From the NCBI GenBank assembly GCA_963735035.1, contig CAVTJJ010000004.1:1024001-1088000 (forward strand): a stretch of 64,000 nt of DNA, given 5' to 3'. The notes beneath the pieces were generated by a model. The model did no database searches. It saw only the letters and a program-made list of their open reading frames with translations, and was not told the DNA's origin. The translations under genes and the position numbers were made by a program. Origin of the DNA: an uncultured candidate division Zixibacteria bacterium (GTDB lineage Bacteria; Zixibacteria; MSB-5A5; GN15; FEB-12). Every line of letters begins with the position of its first letter. The first letter of the stretch is position 1. This document shows positions 22,543-32,416 of the stretch, one piece after another.

Positions 22543-25070
22543 ATGCGGTTGGAGGAAACACGATTGAGGACACCGTCCCCACTCTGTGTACTGGCGTGGC
22601 TGCTGGTACCAAGTCTGGGCACTCCGACCTATGCAGGGGTTAACGACAGTACGAAAGCACCGGAACGGGTCGTTCCGGAAATCCACGCCTACCGTGTGAA
22701 TCCGCACGCGCCGGTGATCGACGGCAATCTCGATGATCCGGTGTGGACTGGTTCGCACTTACAAAAGGTAGGCAACTTCACTCAAACCGATCCCGATGAG
22801 GGCAAGCAGCCCACCGAGTCGACCCTGGTCGCCGTTTCGTACGATGAGAATGCGCTCTACGTCGCGTTCTGGTGCTACGATTCGGAGCCCGACAAGATCG
22901 TGCGTCAACTCGTGCGGCGGGATCGATCGTCACCGTCAGACGCGGTAAGCCTTCGGGTCGACGCTTACCACGACCATCAGACCGGATTCGTATTTACGGT
23001 CCATGCGGCCGGGAACCAGCGTGACCTGCGGGTCTACAACAACACCAACATGGATGAATCCTGGGACGGCGTCTGGAGCTCGGCCGTCCGCGAACAACCG
23101 TGGGGATGGTCGGCTGAAATCGCAATTCCCTACCACTGTCTTCGGTTTCCCGAACAGGCTGAACACACTTGGGGGATAGACTTCATTCGCACCATCGGGC
23201 GCAAGAACGAATGGGAGTCCTGGGCCTTTGTGCCCAGCAAGGTGGGCGGGTTTGCGTCGAACTTCGGCCACCTGACCGGACTTACCGGAATTGTACCGAC
23301 ACGACACCTCGAGGTGATGCCATACGCGGTTTCGAATCTCGAGACCAAGCCGTCGGGTCGTTGGGTCGAAGGGAGTAATGTATTCGGAAATGCCGGAGTT
23401 GATGTCAAATACGGCATCTCCAGCAATCTTACGTTGGACGCCACCATCAATCCCGATTTCGGCCAGGTCGAGCTGGATCAACCGGTTTTGAATCTCTCGA
23501 CTTACGAGACCTGGTTCTCCGAAAAGCGACCGTTCTTTATTGAAGGCTCGGATCTGTTCGCTACTGATTTCACGCTCTTTTATTCTCGACGCATCGGCCG
23601 CTCACCGGTTTTCCGGTGAAGGACCCGTTTCTGTTCAAAGAACTGGAACGCCCACGCGCCTCGACAATCCTCGGTGCCGCCAAGCTGGCGGGGAAATTGG
23701 GAGACCGGACGTCAATTGCGGTTCTTGCAGCAGTCACCGACCGGGAGAAATCAAGATACGTCGATACCGTAGTTCATTACGAACAAGACAGCACCGGCCA
23801 ACTTGTCCCACGCGACACTACTTTCTCCTTCCATACCGGAGTGGTCGAGCCGCAGGCGGGGTACACGGTCGTGCGGGTCAAGCAGGACTTCCTCGCTCGT
23901 TCGTCGGCAGGTCTTATGCTGACGGTCGCAAGTCAGGATACCCGCTATCCAGCCGTGACCGGTGGGGGAGACTGGCGGCTCTACACGAACGATGGCAAAT
24001 GGTACGTGTCCGGTCAGTCGATATTCAGCCGGGTAGATCCGAATCACACCGGTTTCGGCTTGATGATGAGTGCCGGAAAGGATGCCGGCGAACATGTACT
24101 CGCTCAAGTCAGCCTGACTATCGAAGATCCGTACCTGAATATCAACCGGCTCGGTTACATCTCGCGCAACAATCGCCGTAGTTTCGGGTCGTGGGTGCAG
24201 TATCGTACCACCGACGATTGGTGGATTATCCGGAACTCATACAACAATTTCAACTTCTGGTACGAAAAGAACTACGAGGGAGTTGAAATCAGCAAGGGGG
24301 GAAACTGGAACCTCAATCTGGACTTCACCAACAACTGGTATCTAGGATGCGGAGCGAGCATTCAGGCGGAGAAGTACAACGACCTCGAAACCCGCGGGCA
24401 TGGTATTTGGCAGTGGCCGATTGCGCCAACTTACAGTTGGTGGTTCAACCTGAGCACTGATCCGCGCCGCATGTTTTCTTTCACACTCAACCCCGGTTCC
24501 GGTGGCGATCGCGGCGGTCTTTGGTGGGCGAATTATATCGGGGTCAATTTCCGTCCCCGATCCAACATGGAATTTTCGCTCGGCACGAACTATACCCGCA
24601 ATTTTCACGTCACCCGGTGGGTTGATAATCCCACCAACTCCACGACCGTTTTTGCTGACCTGGATCGCGACGAGATCAGCCTGAGTGCGAGCGCCGGCAT
24701 CATGTTCAGCCGCAATTTCTCCTGCCAGCTTTCGGCCGAGGGACTCCTTTCGGGGCTGGACTATCGAAACTATCGACCCTATCTCGGCGGCAACGAGTAC
24801 GGACCGCCGGGGTCATGGCCTGAGGGAACCTATTCGGGAGTGGGAAACAACCCCAACTTCGATTCCAACCTGGGGGCTCTCAACTCAACCTTACTGCTGC
24901 GGTGGGAATACCGACCGGGAAGTACTATCTATTTGGTTTGGACCAGGTCCAAGTCGGATTTCGATTCCAGGCGGAACCACCTGGATGTGAAGAAAGATAT
25001 GGAGCGATTCTTCTCCGCCGGGTCGGAGAACCTGTTTCTGGTCAAGGCCAGCTACTGGATGAATATCTGA
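22543..25070 (+). CDS. CBM9-like + DUF5916 outer-membrane protein (one apparent frameshift near 23610)
   Basis: PVIDGNLDDPVW, WSAEIAIP, TINPDFGQVELD, EKRPFFIEG, LFYSRRIG, then LRWEYRPGSTIYLVW...VKASYW in the next frame. Confidence 0.8.
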
Positions 25071-25094
25071 CCTCGAAAGGTAGGCTTTGAATAC

Positions 25095-25310
25095 CCCGGC
25101 AGATGTTGACATCTGCCGGGCACGTGAATATTTTAGGATTCGGCGTCCCACCTTCATCGCCCTTTCGACCTGCTGCCCTCGGGCGGCAGGTCGTTTGATA
25201 TATAGCCGTGCCGTTGGGCGTCTCAATCTTTGTAGGGCGGGACCGCTTCGATTCCGCCAAGCAAAACGGCGGAAGCCGCCGTGGCAGGTTCGAAGACGGA
25301 CCTGCCCTAC
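25095..25310. repeat. REP/REPIN cluster before lepB
   Basis: cggcagatgttgacatctgccgggcacg palindrome; inverted doublet gtagggcggg...(25232) / ...cctgccctac (25310). Confidence 0.85.
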
Positions 25311-25474
25311 AGGTGTGGACATGCTGGTGGACGAGGACGACCACCAGCCACGGAATCCGTTGCGCCCGCGGCCCTCTTTCCAGTTGCGTATCTCCCTAAA
25401 ACATAGCAACTTAGCTGTAGCAAACCACCTTCGCCGTTAAGAAACGACGAGGGGAAACCGATAATCTTTAGAGT

Positions 25475-26200
25475 ATGGATCAAGACTTCCTTATCCAGGA
25501 GATAACGCAGGCCGAGACCCAGAAACAGGCCCGCAAGGTTCTTCACAAGCAGGAACACAAACCGCTTTGGAGAGAATACCTTGAAACAGCCACCCTCGCG
25601 CTCGTGGCGGCAGTGCTGTTGCGCCTGTTTGTGGTCTCAGCTTATCGCGTCAATTCCGCGTCGATGGAAGACACACTGCTTGACGGCGATTACATTTTCG
25701 TCAACAAGCTCGCCTACGAATTCGGCACCGAACCACAGCTCGGAGATATCATCGTCTTCGAGTACCCCAACAACCCGGAGAAGAAGTACATCAAGCGTAT
25801 CATCGCCGGGCCGGGGTCGCAGGTTCAGATAGCCGACAAGGTGGTGTTTGTCGACGGCAAAGTGGCCGCCATACCGGACCTGTCCAAGCACATCGACCAG
25901 CGGGTTATTCCCGGTGACCTGTCTTTCCGCGACAATTTCGGACCCTACACGGTGCCCGACGGCAACTATTTCGTCATGGGCGACAATCGCGATGACTCTC
26001 GCGACAGCCGTTTCTGGGGTTCGGTTCCTCGGGCCAATATCCGGGGCAAAGCGGTCTTCATCTACTGGTCGTGGGAACCGGACGCCAATCCTCCCGGATG
26101 GAGCTTTCCATACGTACACCATGTCGTCCAGTGGGTAGGGCATTTCCTGTATAATTTCCCGACCCATATTCGCTGGGACCGACTCGGTGTCTCGATCTGA
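25475..26200 (+). CDS. lepB: Signal peptidase I
   Basis: SASMEDTL (catalytic Ser), YIKRII (Lys), GDNRDDSRDSRFWG. Confidence 0.95.
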   Translation: MDQDFLIQEITQAETQKQARKVLHKQEHKPLWREYLETATLALVAAVLLRLFVVSAYRVNSASMEDTLLDGDYIFVNKLAYEFGTEPQLGDIIVFEYPNNPEKKYIKRIIAGPGSQVQIADKVVFVDGKVAAIPDLSKHIDQRVIPGDLSFRDNFGPYTVPDGNYFVMGDNRDDSRDSRFWGSVPRANIRGKAVFIYWSWEPDANPPGWSFPYVHHVVQWVGHFLYNFPTHIRWDRLGVSI

Positions 26201-26203
26201 CGC

Positions 26204-27601
26204 ATGCCGCTCGGACTCTATCTCCATTTTCCCTTCTGTCGCCACAAGTGCGCCTATTGTGATTTCTACAAGGAGCACTTCGACGTCTCTCTTGAAGCTC
26301 GCTTCTACGATGCCCTTCGCATCGAAACCGACTTAGCGGCAGAATCACTTCGTGACCACGACTCTCGTATTGCCACGCTCTATATAGGCGGCGGGACGCC
26401 GTCGCTGACGTCGACCGAGCGCTTTCGCATCTGGCTGGAGCAGGTGTGGAAGTTGTTCGGACGCGAAAGTCGGATCGAATTCTCGTTTGAGATCAATCCA
26501 GAGTCATGTAGCCGCGAGTTGCTACAATCACTGTTAGAACTGGGTGTGAATCGTCCGGTCTTCGGGATACAGTCGTTCGACCGCAAACTGCTCAATTTGC
26601 TCTCGCGCAGACACGAACTCCGTCAGGTGCATGAGGCGGTCTATCTGGCGAATGCGCTCGGCTTTGATAGTTTCGGATGTGATTTGCTATATGCGATGCC
26701 GGGGCAGACGGGGAAGATGCTGTCATCGGACCTGGACCAGTTGACCGATCTCAATCCGCCGCATATTTCGTTCTATCAACTGACGGTCGAAGAGGGGACC
26801 GAGCTGGACCGGATGGTCGAGCGGGGGACGGTGACACTGCCGGATCAGGATTTCGCGCAGGCGCTCTATTCGGCCGGGTATGAACATTTCAAAGACCACG
26901 GCTATGAGCGCTACGAAGTTTGCTCGTTTGCAAAAACAACCAACGCCCGAGTGGCCCACCCAAATGACAACGTGCCCGGCAGATGCCCACATCTGCCGAC
27001 GCAAAAGGATGAAAACAAGGTTGCGTCAGTTCCTGCGACCCGCCGCGGGTCGTGTGAACTGACGCCTTTGGATTTGCCTCGCTCAAGGCGTCAGGTCACA
27101 ACCCCGACTTCGTCGGGGTCAGGACCCCCGATCAAGTCGGGGGCAGGCTCTGACGCAACAATTCCATCCAGCCTCGTGAGTGGATATGCCCTTCCCGCGC
27201 ACGCCTGCCGCCATAACATGAACTACTGGACCGGCGGGGAGTATCTCGGTCTCGGCCCGGCAGCGCATTCGTTTCTGGACGGCCGTCGCTTCTCCAATGC
27301 GGCTAACCTGTACGAGTATCTTGATGCTCTGGAGAAGAGACAACGTCCCACAATCGAAGACCGCTCCGGCGAGAAAGAGCGAATCTTCGAAACTATCATG
27401 CTCGGCCTGCGGACGACACAGGGGATCGACCGGGTGTCGTTCGAGCGACGGTTCCATCGTCCGTTGTCCGACGCGATTGATCCTCGTCAATACGAACTTC
27501 TGTTGAACTCCGGCCACTTAGTTGACGTCGGCGATTTCCTTCGCCTCTCCGACGAAGCACTTATTCTGGCCGACGAAATCACGCAACGATTGTCCAGGTA
27601 G
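26204..27601 (+). CDS. hemW: Radical-SAM heme chaperone HemW (HemN-like) with an in-frame insertion
   Basis: YLHFPFCRHKCAYCDF, GGGTPS, HISFYQLTVEEGT, CRHNMNYW, YLGLGPAAHS. Confidence 0.9.
   Translation: MPLGLYLHFPFCRHKCAYCDFYKEHFDVSLEARFYDALRIETDLAAESLRDHDSRIATLYIGGGTPSLTSTERFRIWLEQVWKLFGRESRIEFSFEINPESCSRELLQSLLELGVNRPVFGIQSFDRKLLNLLSRRHELRQVHEAVYLANALGFDSFGCDLLYAMPGQTGKMLSSDLDQLTDLNPPHISFYQLTVEEGTELDRMVERGTVTLPDQDFAQALYSAGYEHFKDHGYERYEVCSFAKTTNARVAHPNDNVPGRCPHLPTQKDENKVASVPATRRGSCELTPLDLPRSRRQVTTPTSSGSGPPIKSGAGSDATIPSSLVSGYALPAHACRHNMNYWTGGEYLGLGPAAHSFLDGRRFSNAANLYEYLDALEKRQRPTIEDRSGEKERIFETIMLGLRTTQGIDRVSFERRFHRPLSDAIDPRQYELLLNSGHLVDVGDFLRLSDEALILADEITQRLSR
26936..27193. repeat. Palindrome-containing 258-bp in-frame insert within hemW
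   Basis: Lies between FAK and PAHACRHN; contains the reverse complement of the 5584-type palindrome (26971-27000) and ccccgatcaagtcgggggcaggctctg, also seen near 22049. Confidence 0.85.
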
Positions 27602-27718
27602 GTCAGGCCTACTTGGGGCCTGACAGAGAGTGATCGGAATGTCAGGCGTCGAGTCCGCCTGACCTACGAATCACACGGAGCGCCAGCTCCGTCACCCCGA
27701 TGAAAATCGGGGCCCAGC
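27598..27718. repeat. Direct repeat A (REPIN doublet plus palindrome), overlapping the hemW stop
   Basis: gtaggtcaggcctacttggggcctgaca...tgtcaggcgtcgagtccgcctgacctac; near-identical copy starts at 28677. Confidence 0.92.
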
Positions 27719-27742
27719 GTGGGCGTTGGGGCCTGTACCCGG

Positions 27743-28510
27743 CTAACGTCTCCCCACACGCGCGAATTCTTCGCGCTGCTGTTCGGAAACCCATTGAGCT
27801 ACTTCCACGGATCGAGCCAAGTCGACCACCCGCAGGCACACCAGGAGCCCCCATGCCGTCTCGTTGACCACTTTCCCCCGGCCGACGTTAGTTCGTCCTA
27901 CTACCTGTGTGGGCAGACACGGGTAGAACCCTTTGGCGAGGGCGGTAGGCTCGACCGCCGCGCCAAACTGAGTGGCAACGAGCTTCAAGAAGTCCCTGGC
28001 TCGATCTCGGTCGCGGCTTCGGAATTGCATCGTGACAAGGTCGGCCGGAAGACTTTTCGGTTCTTCCATCTTCAGAAGGCTCGACGTATCCACGTAGGTA
28101 CATATCCCGGAAATCAGATCCATTTTGAACACGGCCGTATCGGTTCTGAGAATCACCCGGAGGGTAAACGGCTTCTGTGGAAACCATATCTTGTCTGTCG
28201 GGCCGAATCGATTACGGGCCCGGAGCTTCAGGACAACCTCCGAGTCGGACTCGTTATGTTCGAAATCAACCATCGTATACTGACTCATGATCTCGAACCA
28301 GTAATTGCCGCTGGTGAGAGTGGGAACGTTGGGAGAGTCGCACACCTTGTAGAATATGAACGTGAACGGTTTGAGAGGGGTCGGTTTCGGCAACGGTCTC
28401 GCGTTGTCGGTCGGCGGCGGGGTGTCTTTGTCCACGTCCCAGCGTCCCTGGGCGTGCGATGTCGACATAAGGATGAGGAGGGCCGGTACGATGACAGCAA
28501 TTGGTCTCAA
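27743..28510 (-). CDS. Secreted hypothetical protein (cargo gene 1)
   Basis: GGAG RBS before TTG, signal peptide MRPIAVIVPALLILMSTSHA; no recognised domain. Confidence 0.6.
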   Translation of the reverse strand: MRPIAVIVPALLILMSTSHAQGRWDVDKDTPPPTDNARPLPKPTPLKPFTFIFYKVCDSPNVPTLTSGNYWFEIMSQYTMVDFEHNESDSEVVLKLRARNRFGPTDKIWFPQKPFTLRVILRTDTAVFKMDLISGICTYVDTSSLLKMEEPKSLPADLVTMQFRSRDRDRARDFLKLVATQFGAAVEPTALAKGFYPCLPTQVVGRTNVGRGKVVNETAWGLLVCLRVVDLARSVEVAQWVSEQQREEFARVGRR

Positions 28511-28676
28511 GTTGTCTCCGCGGAGCAGTGTCGCCGGTTTATCAATCTGATAGAGTAACGTCTGAGATTCGATTCTGTCCAGCCAAATTTGGTGGCGGGA
28601 TTATTGTGCTGGTCGGCAGGTTTCCGCCCCTGCCGCTTTGATGCCTTTCTGCGGCTTGACCGGGCACCCAAGGGTT

Positions 28677-28899
28677 GTAGGTCAGGCCTACTCGGGGCCT
28701 GACAAAGAGCGATCAGAATGTCAGGCGTCAAGTCCGCCTGACCTACGAATTACGGAGCGCAAGCTCCGTCACCCCCGAGACGTCGGGGATCTATGGGGTA
28801 ATCAAGTCCGATAGACCTAGGTCGTTACGCTTGGGGCCTGGCGGTCGCGAGTGGTCATGGATTCCCGACTGAATCGGGAATGACAGGACTGGCGTCCCG
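28677..28899. repeat. Direct repeat A' (28677-28775) overlapping direct repeat B (28752-28899)
   Basis: A' matches 27598-27698; B matches 30662-30809. Confidence 0.92.
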
Positions 28900-28949
28900 T
28901 ATCAAACTCCACCGGCAAGCGGGCGGGCCACCTGACGCTTGATCTACGA

Positions 28950-28978
28950 TTGACTTCACGAAAAGATCACATTATGTT
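28950..28978 (+). promoter_or_regulatory. Sigma70-like promoter of cargo gene 2
   Basis: TTGACT-17nt-TATGTT. Confidence 0.6.
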
Positions 28979-29052
28979 ATCTAATAATGGCATTATTCGA
29001 GGCCAAGATTCCGATCAGACTCTGTTGGTGTAGTCATTGTGGGAGTTGAGCC

Positions 29053-30483
29053 ATGCGTAGACTTCGGTGCTCACTAGTTATCAGTTCGTTGCTCTGGGCC
29101 ATCTGCATTACTAATAGCAGCGGCGCTTTGTCGTTGGACAGTCTTAAGAGTGCAGTTGCGCCGATTCTATCTACGTTCCGCGCCTACAGTGGGAGTGGCA
29201 GTCCCATGAGACTGGCAAGCGGAGTTCTGGTCGGCAACGATATGATTATGATCCCTGAGGACATGTACGACTGTGAATCGATGGACATGGAGGTCGCCGG
29301 TGATAAGTACGACCAGGTGTCGGACCTATTCGTCGCGGCAAGGAGGGGATTCGCAGTTGTCTCGATAGATCATGATTTTCCCGCGACTATTCGTTACGAT
29401 ACGGCGTTTCGCTGGGCAGCTGGTGACACGGTATACCTGGTTGCGAGGGATAGTGTCAATATCGGTTTGTATCCTGCTGCAATTCGCAGGTACGGGAATT
29501 TCGGGGAACCACCGTTTGCTGACACCAAGTACATGAGAACGAACCTGGATGAATTCGAGCTGCCCAATGATTTTGACTTCATGTTCAATCCTATAATGGC
29601 TGGCGACGGCAGAGTTGTCGGTGTATGTATTTCTCCTTATAGGGTCGACAGTACCATAGTCTTCGTCTCGGCTTCAGAAATCGTCAAGTTTTCGGCCGAC
29701 CGCTATCGTCCTATGCTTAAGCCGAGGGCAGGATCCTTCAATTGGTGGACGTCCGCGCTTGCACTGGCTACCAATCTCAGTTACAGGGCGATGATGACAG
29801 CGGATATCTGGTTTGTGCCATTAGTGGTTTTAGTCAGCTTGATTGTAGCGGCCTTTGGCCTCGCTTCGAATTATAGAACAGAAAGAAGAATGGCCACAGG
29901 GGCTGCATCTGAGGGGTCAACAGGTCGCTTCCAAGGCAGAAGAGCACGGATAGGCATCTGGCTGCTAATGGCTGTATTAGTCTCGATTGGGATTCTCTCC
30001 TTCCGGTCAAATAGTAGAAGAGCCGAGCTCAAAATATCCGAGTCGGCCAGAGAACTGGCAGGACCGCTGCCAACAGAGGAGCAATGGAAGATGGCTCTTA
30101 ATCAATTCTTAGAGGCTGAAAGTCGTACCGGTCTCTTCATGCTGTTGACCGGTGACGAATGTGCTCTCAAGTATGACGTCGTCAAGACCAACGGACGTTG
30201 GTTCTTCTGCATAATCAGCAAGCGAAAAGACACCCGGGCGGTCTCTGTAGCTTGTGTAGGGAAACTTGAAGGCGATGAAATCTACTCTGTTTGGTTGCGG
30301 ACCAAGAACAACCGTCTTCAAGGGGAAGCCCTTCAAAGCTACCTTCGCCTATCTGAACGTGATTCGCTCTGGTCGATGTACGGAAAGAGAGGATTCTGGG
30401 AAGAAGAGAGCGCGCTAGAGGCGATGTATGAGGAGTGCGAGAAGAATGGTGCAATGATCTCTATACTCAGCTTGCACCCATAG
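29053..30483 (+). CDS. Membrane protein with a degenerate trypsin-like N-terminal domain (cargo gene 2)
   Basis: Signal peptide; ASGVLVG and NPIMAGDGRVVGV resemble trypsin-2 fold segments but lack the GxSGG serine; two TM helices. Confidence 0.55.
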   Translation: MRRLRCSLVISSLLWAICITNSSGALSLDSLKSAVAPILSTFRAYSGSGSPMRLASGVLVGNDMIMIPEDMYDCESMDMEVAGDKYDQVSDLFVAARRGFAVVSIDHDFPATIRYDTAFRWAAGDTVYLVARDSVNIGLYPAAIRRYGNFGEPPFADTKYMRTNLDEFELPNDFDFMFNPIMAGDGRVVGVCISPYRVDSTIVFVSASEIVKFSADRYRPMLKPRAGSFNWWTSALALATNLSYRAMMTADIWFVPLVVLVSLIVAAFGLASNYRTERRMATGAASEGSTGRFQGRRARIGIWLLMAVLVSIGILSFRSNSRRAELKISESARELAGPLPTEEQWKMALNQFLEAESRTGLFMLLTGDECALKYDVVKTNGRWFFCIISKRKDTRAVSVACVGKLEGDEIYSVWLRTKNNRLQGEALQSYLRLSERDSLWSMYGKRGFWEEESALEAMYEECEKNGAMISILSLHP

Positions 30484-30518
30484 TTGAGCATTCGAGAGTC
30501 AAATCGCCCCCCCCCCCG

Positions 30519-30630
30519 CACTAAGTGATTGCCCCACCTTAACCAATCAACCCTATATTCCCGGCATGGATTTCTTCGAAGAGGAGCAACCCGAACATAA
30601 GCGCGCGTCGGTCGCGCCACTCGCCGGCCG
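30519..30630 (+). pseudogene. Orphan duplicate of the rarA promoter region and first 22 codons
   Basis: ATG at 30566 encodes MDFFEEEQPEHKRASVAPLAGR; matches 32372-32481 with mainly synonymous changes. Confidence 0.9.
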
Positions 30631-30661
30631 GTGGCCCACCCTTCGGGTGGGATTGCATACG

Positions 30662-30905
30662 ACGGAGCGCTAGCTCCGTCACCCCCGAGACGTCGGGGGT
30701 CTATGGGGTAATCAAGTCCGATAGACTTAGATCGTTACGCTTGGGGATTGTCGGTCGCGAGTGGTCATGGATCCCCGACCAAGTCGGGGATGACGGGATT
30801 GGCGGCCCGGTTCAATTGAGAGCGGTCTCTTTCTGCGTCATGCTGAGCCTGTCGAAGCATGACGGCGGACGAACCTAAGCCACACTTCGACAAGCTCAGT
30901 GTGAC
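30662..30905. repeat. Direct repeat B' (30662-30809) plus a ctgagc..tcgaag inverted doublet (30837-30905)
   Basis: 148 bp colinear with B; gtcatgctgagcctgtcgaagcatgac / cttcgacaagctcagtgtgac. Confidence 0.9.
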
Positions 30906-30963
30906 TTGTGGGGTACCGGGTTCTACTTGCGTGCAGCCCTGTCATTTAGTAGCTTCTTCCATC

Positions 30964-32352
30964 ATGCAAGAAACATTTGCGAGGACTACAGTTGAAGCAC
31001 TCAGGCGACTCGTTGAGTCCGGGATGACACTCATTGTCGAGGCAAATGAGCACAAGTTCCCAACCGAGATGGCAGAGCGTTTGCGTGTTGATGACCAAGG
31101 AAATCTTGGTATTGCTAAGGAAATCCGGCCGAATACGTGGGAGTGCGCAAGTACCTTGTCACATCTCTTACAGGATCATCCGGATTGTGAGATAGCCAAG
31201 CGGGCGATAGAGGCGGATCCGCTGATTGCCTCCCACCTGGGAAAAATGGTGGGCACAGAAATGGAGTGCATTCGTCTCACGTCAGAAGATGTAGTTATGA
31301 AGTTTCTTTTGGAATTCCTTGGTGATGGAAATGTTGGAGGACTGTTGGACTGCGCGGTGTGTGAGGGAACACGTCAAGATGAACTTGAAGAGGCCTCTTT
31401 CACACGAGCGCTCAGCCGCTTTCAGAATGCCTTTGCAGGCAAGTCGGTTGAGACCGAGATTTTTACAATTCTCGACAGTTTCCAGATGGAAGGCGGCCGG
31501 TTGGAATTGGAGCCGGGTCTTGTGTTAGAAGGGTTGAGCAAAGAGGCGGTGGCCCTGCTTTGGAATACGAATTCTCACGTCCGTCAGTTCTATTCACTTT
31601 GGGAGTTTCCTCGCAAGGCAATCGAGGAGGTTTCCGGCGTGCTCTGGCTACGGGTCCAGACTCCTAAGATCGTGTACGATGAGAAACTGCCGCCGCAAGA
31701 TACGAAGTACACAATCAAAGACGCCATCGACTCTCTGCTATTGGTGACGAACGCATTGCATCTAGTCAAGGCGGGGGCTGTCACGATCGGTCCGATATTC
31801 GCCGGTGCCGCGTTTCCATTCCTGCATGAATCGACCTACACGCTCCCGCGATATGGTTTCAGTGCGTTCGGAGGACAGAGATACAAGCTAGAGGCGACAG
31901 ATCATCAGTTGCTAATAGCAATCGTTGGGGCTTTGCGCAAGGCTTTACAAGGCACCCGCAATAATCTGCTGACGGGTGTGAAACGCATTGGATACGCGAG
32001 CGAACGTGTCTCCAGTGAAGACGCTCTACTAGATACCATGATTGCGTTGGAAGCGCTTGTACTAAGTGGAAAGGGCGATTCGAAATATCGTGGCGAACTC
32101 AGGTTCAGACTTTCGCTTTATGTAGCTCGGCTTCTTGCCGAACACGAGAATGAACGAAAGCGTTTGTTCGAGCTTGTACGAGGGGCCTATGATTTGCGAA
32201 GCAAAGTCGTGCACGGCGATACGCTGGACAGGCATGAAGAGGCAAGAGTAGGTGAGATTTCAGAAATAGCCCGCAAGGTTGCCTTGGAACTCCTCAGGAG
32301 GACGGCTGCGAACGAATCTCCTCCTGACTGGGATTCGCTGACTCTGAAATGA
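30964..32352 (+). CDS. ApeA-like HEPN domain protein (cargo gene 3), candidate defence RNase
   Basis: DTMIALEALV...ELRFRLSLYVARLL...AYDLRSKVVHG (RxxxxH); TTGCGT-17-TAGCTT lies 8 nt before ATG 30964. Confidence 0.75.
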   Translation: MQETFARTTVEALRRLVESGMTLIVEANEHKFPTEMAERLRVDDQGNLGIAKEIRPNTWECASTLSHLLQDHPDCEIAKRAIEADPLIASHLGKMVGTEMECIRLTSEDVVMKFLLEFLGDGNVGGLLDCAVCEGTRQDELEEASFTRALSRFQNAFAGKSVETEIFTILDSFQMEGGRLELEPGLVLEGLSKEAVALLWNTNSHVRQFYSLWEFPRKAIEEVSGVLWLRVQTPKIVYDEKLPPQDTKYTIKDAIDSLLLVTNALHLVKAGAVTIGPIFAGAAFPFLHESTYTLPRYGFSAFGGQRYKLEATDHQLLIAIVGALRKALQGTRNNLLTGVKRIGYASERVSSEDALLDTMIALEALVLSGKGDSKYRGELRFRLSLYVARLLAEHENERKRLFELVRGAYDLRSKVVHGDTLDRHEEARVGEISEIARKVALELLRRTAANESPPDWDSLTLK

Positions 32353-32416
32353 GCCCTTAACGCTACCCCCTCACTAAGTGATTGTCCCGCCGATTCGTAA
32401 CCCCTATATTCCCCGC

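Noticed and set aside
26921..27217. Mini-intein in HemW (starts with C, ends with HN)
   Set aside because: CRHN is the native HemW motif and is followed by Met, not Cys/Ser/Thr; the insert contains intergenic palindromes and no Hint motifs.
27719..28558. 279-aa plus-strand ORF
   Set aside because: It overlaps the minus-strand ORF, which has an RBS and signal peptide, and is probably its shadow.
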